The notes under the pieces are model-generated. The model saw only the letters and a list, made by a program, of their open reading frames with translations, did not search any database and had not been told where the DNA came from. A stretch of 64,000 bases of DNA from positions 5,580,001 to 5,644,000 of the forward strand of contig CATNEN010000005.1 in the NCBI GenBank assembly GCA_950097015.1, in the 5' to 3' direction. Each line of letters opens with the position of its first letter. Positions within the stretch are counted from its first letter, which is position 1. Shown piece by piece: positions 34,652 to 47,776 of the stretch. The stretch is from Macrostomum hystrix. Its lineage: Eukaryota; Animalia; Platyhelminthes. Position numbers and translations under genes: made by a program.

Positions 34652-37600
34652 ATGTCATCTCGACAATGTTATGAAAAACGTCATATAAAGAAATTTCTTC
34701 TTGACCAGGATGAAGATTCAATTCAAAGTGTGTTATTTGATAATGAGGCTTCCAATAGTTCTTTACTACATATTCCAAGTACCACACTGCAATTAACTTC
34801 AGAATTGTTATTACAACCAAAAAATGACCTCAAACCTAGTGAACATGAATTGGAATACAAAGAGGTAGACAATAACAGTGACTGCTCTTTTGTATCAGAT
34901 GCTAAAGAATCTACAGATTTTTCTGATGAAGAGTATGACATAGAAAGTGACATAAAAGATTGGGCATATAAATTTAATATCAGTGGTAATGCTTTAAGTC
35001 ATTTACTAAAGATTTTAAAGAAGCAAAATCCTGAATTACCTGCTGATGCTAGAACTTTGCTAGAGACAACCAGGAAAAGAAAAGAAATTAATGCCATTGT
35101 TGAAGTATTTCCTGGCAAATATTGCCACTTTGGAGTTAAATCCGGTTTGCACTACATTTTGTCAACTGTTAAAGACAATTTTAACTTATATAACATGCAA
35201 TACTTGACTCTTTCATTGAATATTGATGGTGTTCCTCTTTTTAATAGTTCTGTAGCCGGATTCTGGGTCATTTTAGGTGCAATAAATGAAATTGCAAATT
35301 CAGTTTTTGTTATTGGCATTTATCATGGCCAAAACAAGCCAGATTCAGCAAACATGTTTTTAAAAGAGGTTTGCAAAGAGCTTAGCATTATTTGCAATGA
35401 ACCCTTTTGCTTTCAAAACCTTCAGCTATCATTTTCATTAAGATGGATTATTTGTGACCTTCCTGCAAAAAAATAAGTGAAGAATACTGTGGGAATCACT
35501 GGTTACAATTCATGTAACAGATGTTTTACTCATGGTCAGCATTGTCATAAATCAAGAAGCATAGTCTTTCCTGAGACAAATGCAGAAAGAAGAAGTAATG
35601 AAGCCTTTCATGAACGATTACAAGTTGAGCATCACCATGGTCTATCAGAATTTGAGCTTTTGCCAGTTGACATGAATTATGCATTCACCATGGATTCTCT
35701 TCATCTATATATATAAAAGTGAAAACTCTGTCTGTCTGTGTGTGTGTGTGTGTGTGCAACCTTTTGTCTTTATAGACGCCGAAACCGCTCAACCAAATCG
35801 CACCAAACTTTGCACATACCTAAAACCACCTACGCTGAGTGCAATAGGCTACTCAAATTCCTGAAAAATCATTTCCTTCCTGCTCAAAAGTGCAAAAAAC
35901 TGCTCAAAAATCGTCAAAAAATCACTCAATTCGACATATCGTCGCCCCACTTTGTCAGATTTTCTCCAAATTTGATCCACTTACACTTTACATGTTTTCC
36001 AACAATGCTGTCAATTTTGAACATCTCTACTCAATCCAGAGCAAAGCTGCATCATCTCAAAGTGAGTCACTTTTTGTTTTCCGAGGACAGCCACCCCAAC
36101 TCTCCTCCGCCACTCTGCGGGCCAAATTTTATTACAGCCACCCCCTCCCTTCCCCGGGCGCCGGAACCCCAGACTGTACATTGTATTTCAAGCCGTGAAT
36201 GTACACAGCCCAAACCCCTAAACTGTCTACTGGCCCCCAAGCAGCACTGAGACTGTGCGGTGAGTGCGGTGGCGTCCCAGTGCGCAGGGCTCTCCGGTCG
36301 ATATTTCTCTCCAGCCAGCCTGGGATAGAAGAAAGAGAGAGGCCGCTCAAAGGCCACAGGACACTACTCTTACTGCTTTCTTCAAGTTGTGCGCTGAAGA
36401 CCCCTTTGCCAGGACTTTGCTGTACCACCAGGTGCCTGCCTATTACACATGGAACGCCTCTTCGAAAGGATGGAAGCGGCGGGTTCAAGGCGCTGCAGTT
36501 CCGGGCCATCCTGAAATACGACAGACTGATGCATTAGCCAGAGTGTACACGGTGCACCCAAACCGCCGCGAATGCTACTACCTGCGTATATTGCTACACA
36601 CCGTGATTGGTCCGACGTCATTTAGACACATTAGAACGGTGGAAGGCCATACCTGCCAAACTTTTCATGAAGCATGTCAGCGACTGGGACTGCTGGAAGA
36701 TGATGCTCAATGGAGAGCGACATTGGAGGAAGCGGCAACGGTGCGCTCACCAAGTCACCTGCGAGATCTCTTTGCCATCATGGTTGCCACCTGTGGTCTC
36801 TCTGATCCACTTCAGCTTTGGGAAACATTCAAAGAACCCATGGCCGAAGACATTCTCTTCCGGGCGCGATTCGTGGCTCAGGAGCCAGAGTTGCCATTCA
36901 CAGAAGCAGTGTTTAACGAGGCCCTGCTGCGCATTGAGGACAAGGTGCTGGAGTTGACCGATCGCTATCTAGATTCTTTTGGACTCCCAAAAGCAAACAG
37001 AACAGGACAACAGGACAACCTGTGCAGGAAGATGCTGCGAGAAAGAGGCTATGACCAGGAGCAGCTGGGACAGTTCATAGAGGAGAATGAGCCCCGACTC
37101 ATGCCTGAGCAGCTAGAGGCGTACCGCGAGCTATTGCGCAGAGCCAGTCGCAGCACTGGCGCCCCTTTTCGGCCGCTGGCGCCCCTTTTTCAGCCGCTGG
37201 CTCCCGTTTTTCAGCCGCTGGCGCCCTTTCTTGGCTCCTGGCGCCCTTTTTCGGCCGCTGGCACCCCCTCTGTGATTCTCATGGCGCTCCCCTGACAGAC
37301 CGCCCCAAAACAAAATTCCTGGATCTGCCACTGACTGTATAGAGGAGTGGCTAAGAGACATGTTTCTAAAGAAGTAATCAAGAGGGGGCTGTTTGGACAA
37401 ACTTTTCACTTATTTTTTACTTAAAACGCCCTTAAACAAACTCTTCACTTTTCATTAATGCAGTAAATAAATAAATGGTGACCTTCACTATAAAGTTAAT
37501 ACAGAGACGTGAATTGCTTACTGCTTTGCTTTAAATTTCTGCCCCAAAAACAACGGGCAAAAAGGCTAGTATTCTATATAAAGGTGTTGCACTTAAAGCA

Positions 37601-38317
37601 TTGTTGCTACTGTCAAGTAAAGGTCCACTACAGTTCCGAATTGGTGAACCTGGTCAGATTGAGTTGAGTAAACTCCTTGATCAAATTGGAAATTTTGTAC
37701 CATCTGATTTCCAACGGAGGCCAAGAGCCTTTAAGCATATCAGACTCTGGAAAGCAACAGAACTCCGCTTCTTTGTTATTTACCTTATACCACTTGTACT
37801 GCCTCGCTTTGTCAGAAACCAAAGGCTTATGGATTTGTTTCTATGCCTGCATTTGCTTGGTATACTTCTAAACACAGAAGATATCATTGATAATCAGCAC
37901 CAGATTCTAGAAAGAATTCTTCAAGCTTTTTATTCTTGTGTAAATGATTTGCTTGGGCCCAGCTTCTTCAGTCCAGTTGTTCATGGACTTCAACATCTTG
38001 TAGAAGATTATAAGCTTCATGGGTGCATAGAAAAGTTTTCTTCATTCTCTTTTGAGAACTTTAATAGGTATATTAAAAAAGCTGTCCATTCACCACATTT
38101 GCCTCTAGAGCAACTTGCCAACCGTGTCTCTGAAACAAACCCATGCCTCAAACGACTGACTATAGATAATGCTACATTTCCAATCATCAGCAGGCAGTAC
38201 TTTTCCTGTTCATTTAAGTTGCCAGAGTTGCTTAGTCAATTTTTGATGTACAAGCAAGTGCAACACAGCAAGGACTTGTTCCTCTCACTTAAGCAAAGAG
38301 ATTCCTTTTTTGTATAA
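34652..38317 (+). pseudogene. CACTA/EnSpm-like transposase split by a Helitron
   Basis: NIDGVPLF, ICDLPA, GYNSCNRC. Removing 35704-37569 restores MDSLH-ILYKGVALKALLLL in frame; then RRPR, KATELR, FSFENF. One stop at 35474. Confidence 0.85.
35704..37569 (+). mobile_element. Non-autonomous Helitron (1.87 kb) carrying a RepHel fragment (36340-37150)
   Basis: Inserted between A and T; 5' TCTATATATATAAAA; 3' hairpin TGCCC...GGGCA then CTAG; no TSD. Confidence 0.92.
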
Positions 38318-38835
38318 AAGAAAATGGTCAGTTTAAAGCATGCAAGCTGGTTAATATTATTCAAGACTCCATCGGATGTAAAACTTTACTGATGTATCAT
38401 CAGTTTTCTGTCTGTCAAGGGTACTATCATCACCCACTGGATTCATCAAAGATTGGAGTATTTTCCCTATCTGGCTTGCAGAAACGCATTCAAGTTGTTG
38501 ATGCAAATTCTGTGCACTGAAAGCTTTTTGTTGTGCCAAAAAACGGGACTTCATTCATGAGCAATTCGGAAATGTTTGGATGCATCATTCTTCATACTTT
38601 CTAGTATGGTAAGTGATTAAAAAGCTAGCCTAGAAAATGGTTAGAAAAAGTTAGGCCTTAAGTTTTTTTTCATTTTTAGATATGTTGCCTTATAGTCTCA
38701 ATTACACTACCATCACACTAAGCAAGACATTGTACATTATTCTATAAAAACTAATTTGATGGCAGCATTAAGAAGCTTTAAGAAGACTAAGGAAGTCATG
38801 TTTTAATTTTAAATCCATGTACCACTTCTTTTCAG

Positions 38836-39620
38836 ATGTTTTTTCTTGTCGAGTTTTGCGACGAAGAAGATAGTCCTGTTGCAATTGTGCCCTCAACATG
38901 GGTCTCTGGCAATGAAGTTGCATTTCCACCTAGGCAACTTTACAAAAAAATAAATGAATTATGCCGTGACCAATCGGTGCCTTCCTCTCAATGGAAGCTG
39001 TTTAAGATAAACATACTTACCGAAGGCGGTAAGACAAATATTTTTTCTTTATTATTAGAAACTTGTGTTGTAATTTTATTGTCTCCCTCGCTTTTTCTGC
39101 ATAACTTTAGATGACTTGGACAGAATGCGAACGCTCGAGCGCAGGTTTTCGATAAAAGGCACTTTTAGCGAAAGTGAATCGGAGGGTCCCCGAAAACGGC
39201 TGGCTCCTGCTAGACTTCTAGAAGAGTACCAACCGGTTCAGAAAGACCTTGTCGCGGCACAGTTTCACCCGATTCATTTTCATCTAGCTCGTCTGCAATG
39301 CAACTTGGTCATACGCTTGGATTTTCGTTCAATGATATTTGCAGTGATTCAGTAAATCATGCGACTGCCGCTGCAGCTTTCGCGTCGCCGCAGCAGACCA
39401 GCGAGACCACACGTTCAAAAAATACTGCTGCTAGCGCCGCTGCAGCCTTTGCGTCGCCGCAGCAGACCAGCGAGACCACACGTTCAAAAAATACTGCTGA
39501 TAGCGCCGCTGCAGCCTTCGCGTCGCCGCAGCAATGTTCTGCCACATCACATAACGAGAACTTCGATCCGGCATTCCAGTTTCGCCACTCAGAGATGAAT
39601 TCATGTCAGTGTGCCAGCAT
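38836..39620 (+). pseudogene. Second, multi-exon gene of the CACTA-like element
   Basis: MFFLVEF...AIVPSTW...FPP pattern, short GT-AG introns, and a ~60-bp internal repeat at 39365-39535. Confidence 0.45.
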
Positions 39621-40052
39621 TCTGAGTAAGAATAAATTTCTGTTGGCACTTTACTGTAACCGCATGCTTATGTGCCTTTTAAATTTTTATATAGCTACAG
39701 TATATTCTAAAATAGTAATTGCTAGGTATTTTAGAAATTTAAAATAAAAACTCCAACCCTGCCCCCTATCCCATCCTCTATGCACGGGGAAATTGCAGAT
39801 AATGTCAGGGCTGAGAATGTAGGTGAGGCTGCTCAGGACCAGGAAATAGGTGTAGCTAGGGAGCATGAGCCGCAGCAAAGGCCGCAGAGAGTTAGGCGAG
39901 AGCCTGAGAGGCTACAGATGGCTCCTAGCAGAAAATCCTATTTCATCAGAGCGATGTACGGCCTGCCTACAATGTTTCAGTGACCTCCTTGTCCGAATCT
40001 TGGCCAGAAGCCACTCTAAACAAAAAAAGGATAAGGAAAAATTACAGAGAGA

Positions 40053-40961
40053 ATGGAAGATAAGGAGAACTACGGACCGGAAGAAAGGCTGCCGACGCGC
40101 CCACGTTTGATGGGACTAGTGAGGAAAGTCAATGAGTCGACGGAGGTGAGTAGACGGGTGGAGCTCTCAAGGAACCAATTCCGCCAAAGTGCGCCCTTCC
40201 CATTGGAACAGCGCTCGCCGAGTTGGCACCAGCATTTCATGCCATCTCTCCCTCGTTCGCAACAGGCGGTCAAGCGCCCTGCTGTTACGCCACTCGGGCC
40301 AGCAGGCAAGAGGCGGCAAATAGCAGTACAGGCGGTGCTGGAAACCGCAGAAGCCGGTGTGCAGGTGCGCCGACCGGTAGCGAGCAGTAGTAGCAGCGGG
40401 TCAGACGAGGCCCAGGCAGACCCAGACGAGAACGTATGGGCTGCCTTGCAAGAGGGCATGCCCTCGGAGGACGAGGGCCTTGCAGACCCAGACTCCTCCG
40501 AAGAGTTGCCAGTTGCCGAGGGGCCGGCGGCACCACCACCACTGCCATGGCAGCCGCCCCAGACTTCGTCCTCCAGCGACAGCCTGGAAGAAGCTGGCGC
40601 GGGGGCCAAGCCAAGGAGACGGCGAGGTGGCGCCCAGCGGCGCAGGCAGCGCCGGGCACAGTGGGGCCACCGGGCGCCGAGCCGAGAACATGCTGTTGGC
40701 GAATTGGCGCAGGCATTGGCTAGGGCAGCCCGAGGAGTACAAGAAGACGGGTGGCCGGCCGAGGTTCAACAAGGATTCGCCAGTGAAGAAAGGGCCACCA
40801 GGCGGGAGATGGCCCACGAGGCAGCGGCCCTGGCGGAAGGGATCGTTGGCGGTCCAGCGGCGGCTCCACAACGACTAATGGCCCGGTATGGGCAAGCGGT
40901 CGTTGAGCTAGTGGAAGCGTGGTGGTTACCAGAGGCACTAGTGCGTATGGCCCAGCTATAA
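40053..40961 (+). CDS. ORF-B, 302-aa orphan protein with an Arg-rich motif
   Basis: Intact ATG ORF; homolog at 2258; AATAAA at ~41151. Confidence 0.78.
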   Translation: MEDKENYGPEERLPTRPRLMGLVRKVNESTEVSRRVELSRNQFRQSAPFPLEQRSPSWHQHFMPSLPRSQQAVKRPAVTPLGPAGKRRQIAVQAVLETAEAGVQVRRPVASSSSSGSDEAQADPDENVWAALQEGMPSEDEGLADPDSSEELPVAEGPAAPPPLPWQPPQTSSSSDSLEEAGAGAKPRRRRGGAQRRRQRRAQWGHRAPSREHAVGELAQALARAARGVQEDGWPAEVQQGFASEERATRREMAHEAAALAEGIVGGPAAAPQRLMARYGQAVVELVEAWWLPEALVRMAQL

Positions 40962-41772
40962 GAACCTTTTGTTTGCGCGCTGGCCCGACCCTCTGGTACC
41001 GTTGTCATGCGCCATCGTTGACCAAGGGGTCTATTTTATTCAGCTCGCGGTCTGTGTGATTAATAATTTTCTCTGACTGATGTTGACTTGTTCTTGTTGT
41101 TGTTCTATTGTTCTAGTAGTTTGTTTGTGCTTGTTTTCGATTGAAAAGTAAATAAAAGGTGACCTTTTATTTATATTTATAAATAAATAAAATTATTTTA
41201 TTTATTTATTTATAAACAAAAACTTACCTGTTTTTGGTTTAAGTGCGGCTGACGGCCAGCCGGTGTTGACCGTCATCCTTTAGCTGGAGGAGAGTGATGT
41301 GCTGTAGACTGCTGAGCAGCCTCCAGGCAATCCGTGAGTCAGGTTGTTCTAGGTCTGTGGGAGGGCTGGGGTGTAGGTAGTTAGTGTTTCCCGTGCACTG
41401 TCACTTCCGCTCGCCACCCCCTCCGCTTTCTCTCTCGTTCCAGCTCTGTCTGCGCACTGAGTCACATTGCACACCATGGTGCAATCGCTTAAGTTCGGAA
41501 GAAGACTGGCAGAACAACGCTCAAATGCTCCTACTATAAGTAGGGCACAGTCCAACGAATCCTTGAGATGGTGTTAGTATCGTGGTAGCACTATTTCTTT
41601 ATATTGATTGCACTGTGTGTACGGAAATTTCTTCATGCGTTTGCGATTCACGTTGCCTTTTACGTTCCTTCGCATCCGAGACAGCAATCTTTTTTGGGAA
41701 ACTAGGTTATATACTGCATTTCGAAGCAGAGTATATAACCCGTTTCAGTAGAGTCATTAGAGTTAGCCAAAC

Positions 41773-44081
41773 TGAAATAGGTGCGGGTTTTGCAATCCGA
41801 TGACCTGTCCTCAAGAGAGAAAAGGAGTGTGGGAATGGCGATAGAGTCAGGAGTCGTACCGCAAAGCCTCGCGATTCGTCGCGGGAGGCGGGATGAAGGG
41901 AGAGATGAAGGGAGAGACAGTGGATGCAGGGAGTGGTCCTCTCGGCCTCAGGCTGGCCAGTCCCACTCAACCCATAGGCCACAGGCATGACTGCCGTGCC
42001 TACCCCAAGCAGTGCTCGAAACCGGCTAAAGTCTAAAGAGATATCGGACTACCCGCAAGCAGGTAGGACAGGGCTAGATAGCCTACTGTCATCAGTAGCA
42101 TGTACATAACTGACTCCTAACAGTGGTAGCAGTGGTCGATTCGGCCCAGGCTCTTGTCTTAGAAATGCGGAAAGGCTATTGGCAAAGCGGAAAATGATCT
42201 AGGGTAGCGCCACCACCCAATGCGCCTACGTTGCCACCGCAGACATTTGGGAACTTGGGTCCCCGGAGTTCACAGCTCCTAGTTTGTCACACAGATCTCA
42301 GACAAGCCGAAAAATAGGGCATTCTGTAACTTCCGTTTTAGACTAGGGCGGAGACCCCAGAATGAATCGAGACACGCCTCAACAGGGGATTCCTGAAACT
42401 GCGCTACAGTGGTCTAGAAAGGTGGTACTCCGAACTCGAATGAGAAACCCATAGCCGGAATCCTACTCATGAAACATCAGGCACATTCCTTACATTAGAT
42501 TGCAGCCTACACATTAAATAACTAGCAAATCCGAATCTGTGTGAGATGAGGAAATCAGAGGCAGGAGAGATTAGGCAGAACACTGGCTGAGTGATTATGC
42601 AAGCGATGATTATTAGATCACACCCCTCGCTCCCATGGCGGCGGCAGCGAGAGGCGGGGGACAGAAGGGAAACATTAATTGACAAGGGAGGTTGACACGC
42701 ACTCCTTGATCTGCCAGAAAGAGAGGAAAAACCCGCCAAGGAATTCCCCCACCCCTAGCAGAGAAATACATGCTACGCTCCGCATATTACTCGCAAATCC
42801 CTAGCTCCTTATTACTTTCATGCGCGCTCACAGTTACCCTCCTGCCGCAGCTTTCAGCTAGGCATCACCAGAGCCCATCCCCTAATGAGTTAGCCACTCA
42901 TGGTTGAGGGCTGTCTAACGATAAAATAAGAGAAAGTGAAATGCATAGTAAAAAGGATTTAAGTTGTTATTAAATTGCCAATAAGTTAGATAAACTGTGA
43001 TTTAATAGTTTATTAGGCTAAATCAAATCCCTGCCCTTGCCCTTATTACCCACTAGCTAGATAGTAAATCCCTTAGGGATAACAATAAAAGTCCGCTGCG
43101 CGGGTTACTTATCTGCGATGCTGGTTGACAGGCTGCAGGCCGTTGTTCTCGCTGGGAAAGGGCAATTGAAAGAGGAAGCAGGGACGGGGGTGTCTAGTGC
43201 GATCGGCAAGGGGCCAAATCGCAGGAGCACACGGCTCAATTGGAGCTCACCCAAAAAGGTGGCTTAAATGCTCAGGGGCTATGCAGGTAATTTACCTGCG
43301 GCTGTTCTGAGGAGCCTTAGGCTCAGGGGCTAAGTCCTATCTAGTAAGGGGGAGAGTCCACGGACCGTGTTCCGGGACCAGACAGGAAGGGGGGTAGGTT
43401 TTAGTCCAGGGTGGAGGGTCCTGGGAAGGGTCCGGAGGAAGGTTGTCCTAGGGGCAGCGCAGCGCGCTTTCTTAAATAGTCCTGCAGCTCCGTCAACCCC
43501 GCATTCATCAAAGCAACCCACATGCTCGCCAGCCTGTCAACGAGGAATCGGGTCGGCATTATGCCACCCCAATTGCCCACTGAAGCGGCGGCGAGAATCG
43601 CCAGATGCTCCACTAGGAGCGTCTGCCGGCAGTCGGCCAATGATTGTGATCCCGCCGGGATATGGGAAGCGCAGGCGCCGACCTGCCTATAGTGTCGTTA
43701 CATGTATCTAAAGGGGGAAAGGTCATAATCGAGCTTCGGCTCGGGTTACAGTAAAGAAAGGGGACATGAAGAATTAATGCTCACTCTAGACGCATGAGTG
43801 ATCCCTACAATCTGATCGCGGTTTGGAGGGGAATTATGACCTAAACTAGTCCATACAGTATTGCTATGCCCGCGATCAGTCACTCCTACAGGGGACTAGA
43901 CAGATCCGAGACAAGGGGAATCGGCGGCTACTTAATTCACCTCCGCCCCAAGTCTGGCCCTAAGATTAATGATGGTGTTCTGCGGCCAGCTGCTATGTGG
44001 GTCGCGATTATTGACTTGCTAAAAATGGAAAAATTTGGCTGGCTCACAACCCCACTCGATTCCGAAGTACACTCCACATCA
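41773..44081 (-). repeat. 3' LTR of A2
   Basis: TG...CA; matches 50581-52889. Confidence 0.95.
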
Positions 44082-45019
44082 CACCGCCTTCGCTCACTTT
44101 CACGTAAGGCACTTACGTGCTTACTGTCAGTAGTGGGGTGTTTCGCGAATCGAGGGGCAAAGAAATTTACATTACCCTACTGCATACCGTAAAGAATCCT
44201 AAGAAGAAAACCGCTAGAGAAGAAATCCTAGGTTATCGTACGTAAAATACTGCTATAACTAGATTTGTGCGAGAGTAAAAAAACGGTCGGCGCCCCTAGC
44301 GACTAAGGGATAGAGTCCTGAGGGGAGGTGGGTGCGCATTCCGGCTGAGTTAAAGTTGTTCTCGTTGCCCAGGGGTGCCGTGTCCCGGCTCGCCTTCTCC
44401 TCCAGGTGGCTGCAGCTGTCCCCGTCTTTCCTTGCCCGGCTTGGTCTTGGTTGCGCAATCCCGGGAGGCTCCGGCCGTTTTCTCCTTAAGTCCGAGGGTC
44501 CGGCCGTGCTCTTCCCCAGGTGGCTCCGGGTTGGTTGGTCCGTTCGCGCCTTCCCGATTCCGTTGCCGGGCCGTGGTAGCCTCTGATTCGCCGCGCGCCC
44601 AGGTGTTTTCAGCTGGCCGGGCCCGAAAATTCTCGTCGGGCCGGTTGCCTAGCCGTTGCGCGCGGCCCAATCGGCGCTGCAGCTGGTCGCAGCTGGGGAA
44701 ACCGCTGCTCAGGCCGCTTGTGATGCTGTTGCCGGCCGAGGTGTCTCCTCACCGAAAAGGTCAGGGCCCCAACAACTAAACTGTTACCATGAGCCCCCTA
44801 AACCGGTTCTGCCCGGAATTCCCACTGTACTCCCATTGGCTGGCGGTTAGACCGCCACGTCTCCCTAAATTAGCCCTATAAAAGCAAACACTTGGCGCCC
44901 CATTAACCTCAAGCCTCTTTATCTCCTAAACAAACACCTTACCTACCGCTAGCTTGTCTGCAATCGCCACCTAGCCTGCGTCGCCCGACTAGCTAAATAC
45001 GTGCTCTGCTCCTTGTACT

Positions 45020-45707
45020 ATGGCCCAGCCGCAGTCTGAAGAAGAAAGGTGAGTTATTTGACTTCTACTCGGCCCCCCAAGGCCGGTTATTAAGGATAAT
45101 TGCGAGGGTTATGTCATAATAATTCAAGTAGTCAGAGTCCACCCTTACCCACGGCACCCCTAATTATCCCAACAACTTGAAATTGACCCCCGACCCGAAA
45201 CTGCGAAAAACCCTTCCCTAATTGAAACTTATTAATTGTAGGTAGTGTAAGTTTGTCATAGCCAACATCATGAATAATCACTACTTAATGCTGTTGCCAT
45301 CACCTAACTTTCACAGCTTTCTACCTGGGCCTTACGAACCCGTCCGGCAGCGATCTGGCTCAGGCGAGCCCATAACCATGTCCTTCATTATGAGTAAGTT
45401 AAATGCTTTTTGTCGTGCCCTCCCACTCACCCTGGGTACCACAAACTGCGATTCCCTCCTACGAATTACTGCTGGACCTTACTTTCCTCATGTCTATCCC
45501 GCCACGTTTCACCATTTGAGACTCTATTTGCTGCAACCCCATTTGCTCCTCCACCTTACTCCTGCAGACATCAACGTGCCTGAAGGTCGCGAGGCTGGAG
45601 TGGCCGCCATCGCGTATGTATTTCTGCGAGGCTCAGCCGGTCGAGTGCTCGGCGCGGCTACTGCCGTCGTGGCCCTGGTCGTGGCCATCACCTTATGGCT
45701 GTTTTGA
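45020..45707 (+). CDS. Three-exon small protein with a C-terminal hydrophobic segment, 81 aa (exons 45020-45048, 45317-45393, 45568-45707)
   Basis: TATA at 44877; introns in phases 2 and 1; ends ...VLGAATAVVALVVAITLWLF; AATAAA at 45799. Confidence 0.82.
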
Positions 45708-47048
45708 ATTACTCATCGGCGCCTGCTCGGCCTCTGTACTCACTCGGACTGTTCACCTGGTGCTAATTTGAAAACCCCTTTTTTTGTTTCTTTCTGTAAA
45801 TAAAAATAACGTGCTAAGGGATATGATTTGCTTCCGTGCCACCGTTTGAATGTGCAAAATGGAACTCACTATCTTTACCCGTCTTCTTTCCTCGATGAGA
45901 CATTACTGCTCAAGTTTTACAACCGCCTAGTAACCAAAAAAAACTAACTGATAGACTGTTAATGAGTTTTTGAAACGTCTGGAACCTTAATTCATACGAT
46001 TTATTACTATTCTACCCCTCCAGGTACCTAGATTTGAATGCCCAGCTGCTAACTTCTGGCTCCCCAAATAATGTTTCTTTTTGTCTTTTCTAGCCCTAAC
46101 AAAAGAAAAATTATCATTTTGAAATCTGTCGCTCATTGAAACAGCCAGATTGCCTCCCCTAGAATTTGAATACCTGACCCTACCGGCTTCTTGATTTACA
46201 ACCGCCCACTCCTTAAACAAACATTAAGCAAAACTCCCGAAACATACCACCCCGCTCACTTTAGCGGGTTGGTATACCCCCTAAATAGAAGCCGGCATAG
46301 CTAAACTCCCGAAACCAAACATAGAGAACATGTGAGATAAGCAACTTTAAGAAAAGTAGGTGCGAACCCTAGTTTGCGGCAGTTAATACGAAAATATTCC
46401 ATGTGAAAATTCTTACGAAGGGGAATTTCGCCCCACTAAGTATGTTTTTGGATTTTGATTAGTTTATATAAGTTTTTAAGAGGTTTTGGCGCCGAGATGG
46501 CTTTTTTGATTTGAACCGCCTTCCCTCCCTTAAAGAAAGCATAGAATTTCCCAAGGCATACCACCCCGCTCACTTTAGCGGGTTGGTGTCCCTCCTAATT
46601 TAGAAGTTGTCCTAAATTGAACTCCCACAGACCCACCAATATGAACAAGATAAGGCAGAGGTGCCATGCATGATGTGGTGCGATTAAAAGTAAAAATGCT
46701 CTTTGAGAAAAGAAGGTGCATACCCTAGTTTGCTACAATCAGATAAGCATCTCATGTAAAAAAAGTATCAGGGGAATTTCACCCCACTATGTGTATTTTT
46801 GTGGTTTTGGCTAAAATTATAAGAGTTTTTTTTGTGTGAGATTTTTGGCCAAGGCGGCTTTAGATGAAAAGGGAAAACATGCACAATAGGAAGAAAAGAA
46901 CAAACGGTGCAGAGTGCGAATGATTATTAAAGGGGGGAAGAAAAAGGAAAAGGACAAAGGGGGAACAGGGAACAAGGGCCTAGCGGATAGTGGTCCTGTT
47001 CCTACAATACTGCGGTCACTACCTCTATTGACCCTACCTAGCGCCTTC

Positions 47049-47630
47049 CTATTCTTCGGCCGCCTCCTTGATGGGCGTGCTTTCCGCCGGTCCCTCGCTA
47101 GCTTCTTCGCCTTCCATTTCTCTCACCATGCGGCCGAGCGTGCTGTCCCCGGGCGGTGGCTCTTCGGCGAAGCGATGTCCGTGGAGCCACTCACGCCAAT
47201 CCGGGTCTGCCGCTGACCGCAGGGGGGTCTCTGACACCCCGATCCGGCGCATGACCAGCTGGTGCTCCAATTCTTCCTGTCCTGGGATCCTTTTGGCTTG
47301 CAGCCAGGACGCGAGCTCGTCGGGGATGGTAATGCTCCAATCCTCTGGCGGGCTGTACTCCATCCACCGCAGGTTCCAAGGGAGGTTTGCCTCGTCTTCT
47401 CCCCTAGGCGGCAGAGGGTCCCGCTCTTCGCACCACGCCTGGGCCAGCCACCTAGATTCTGCCAGCTGGCAGGCAAGGGCGAGGTCAACGCCTGCTTGGG
47501 CCGCTCGTCCTATCATGGGTAACAGCCACAGGCGGACCATCAGCCAGGTCCTCTTCCCGGCCAGTTCGCGGCGATAGTCCGTGGCGGCCACTTCTAGCCA
47601 CCACGCCAGGACGGTGCCAAAGCTTGCCAT
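47049..47630 (-). CDS. Family A ORF3, 193-aa Trp-rich orphan with an acidic tail
   Basis: Intact and conserved with A1 despite many silent changes. Confidence 0.85.
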   Translation of the reverse strand: MASFGTVLAWWLEVAATDYRRELAGKRTWLMVRLWLLPMIGRAAQAGVDLALACQLAESRWLAQAWCEERDPLPPRGEDEANLPWNLRWMEYSPPEDWSITIPDELASWLQAKRIPGQEELEHQLVMRRIGVSETPLRSAADPDWREWLHGHRFAEEPPPGDSTLGRMVREMEGEEASEGPAESTPIKEAAEE

Positions 47631-47776
47631 GTCTAAACTAGTTTCCTCGTCTTTTAGTAAAATTTTCCCTGCTTAATTTTTCCGGCCCTTACTTAAATAA
47701 GCCGACAACTCGGGAAGGGGATGGGGTGGGCGAGGAAAGAAAATGGTAATTGACCCCAGGTCACGGTGACCCTCAT

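Noticed and set aside
41222-41231. U1 snRNA-like ACTTACCTG (also at 3284-3292)
   Set aside because: No U1 body follows; it is simply a minus-strand CAG|GTAAG splice donor.
45987-46220. Additional minus-strand ORF in family A
   Set aside because: The A1 counterpart shows only patchy similarity (AVVNQ, RFQ), with stops and frame changes.
47049-47630. Calling ORF3 an env gene
   Set aside because: No signal peptide, furin site or transmembrane anchor, and too short.
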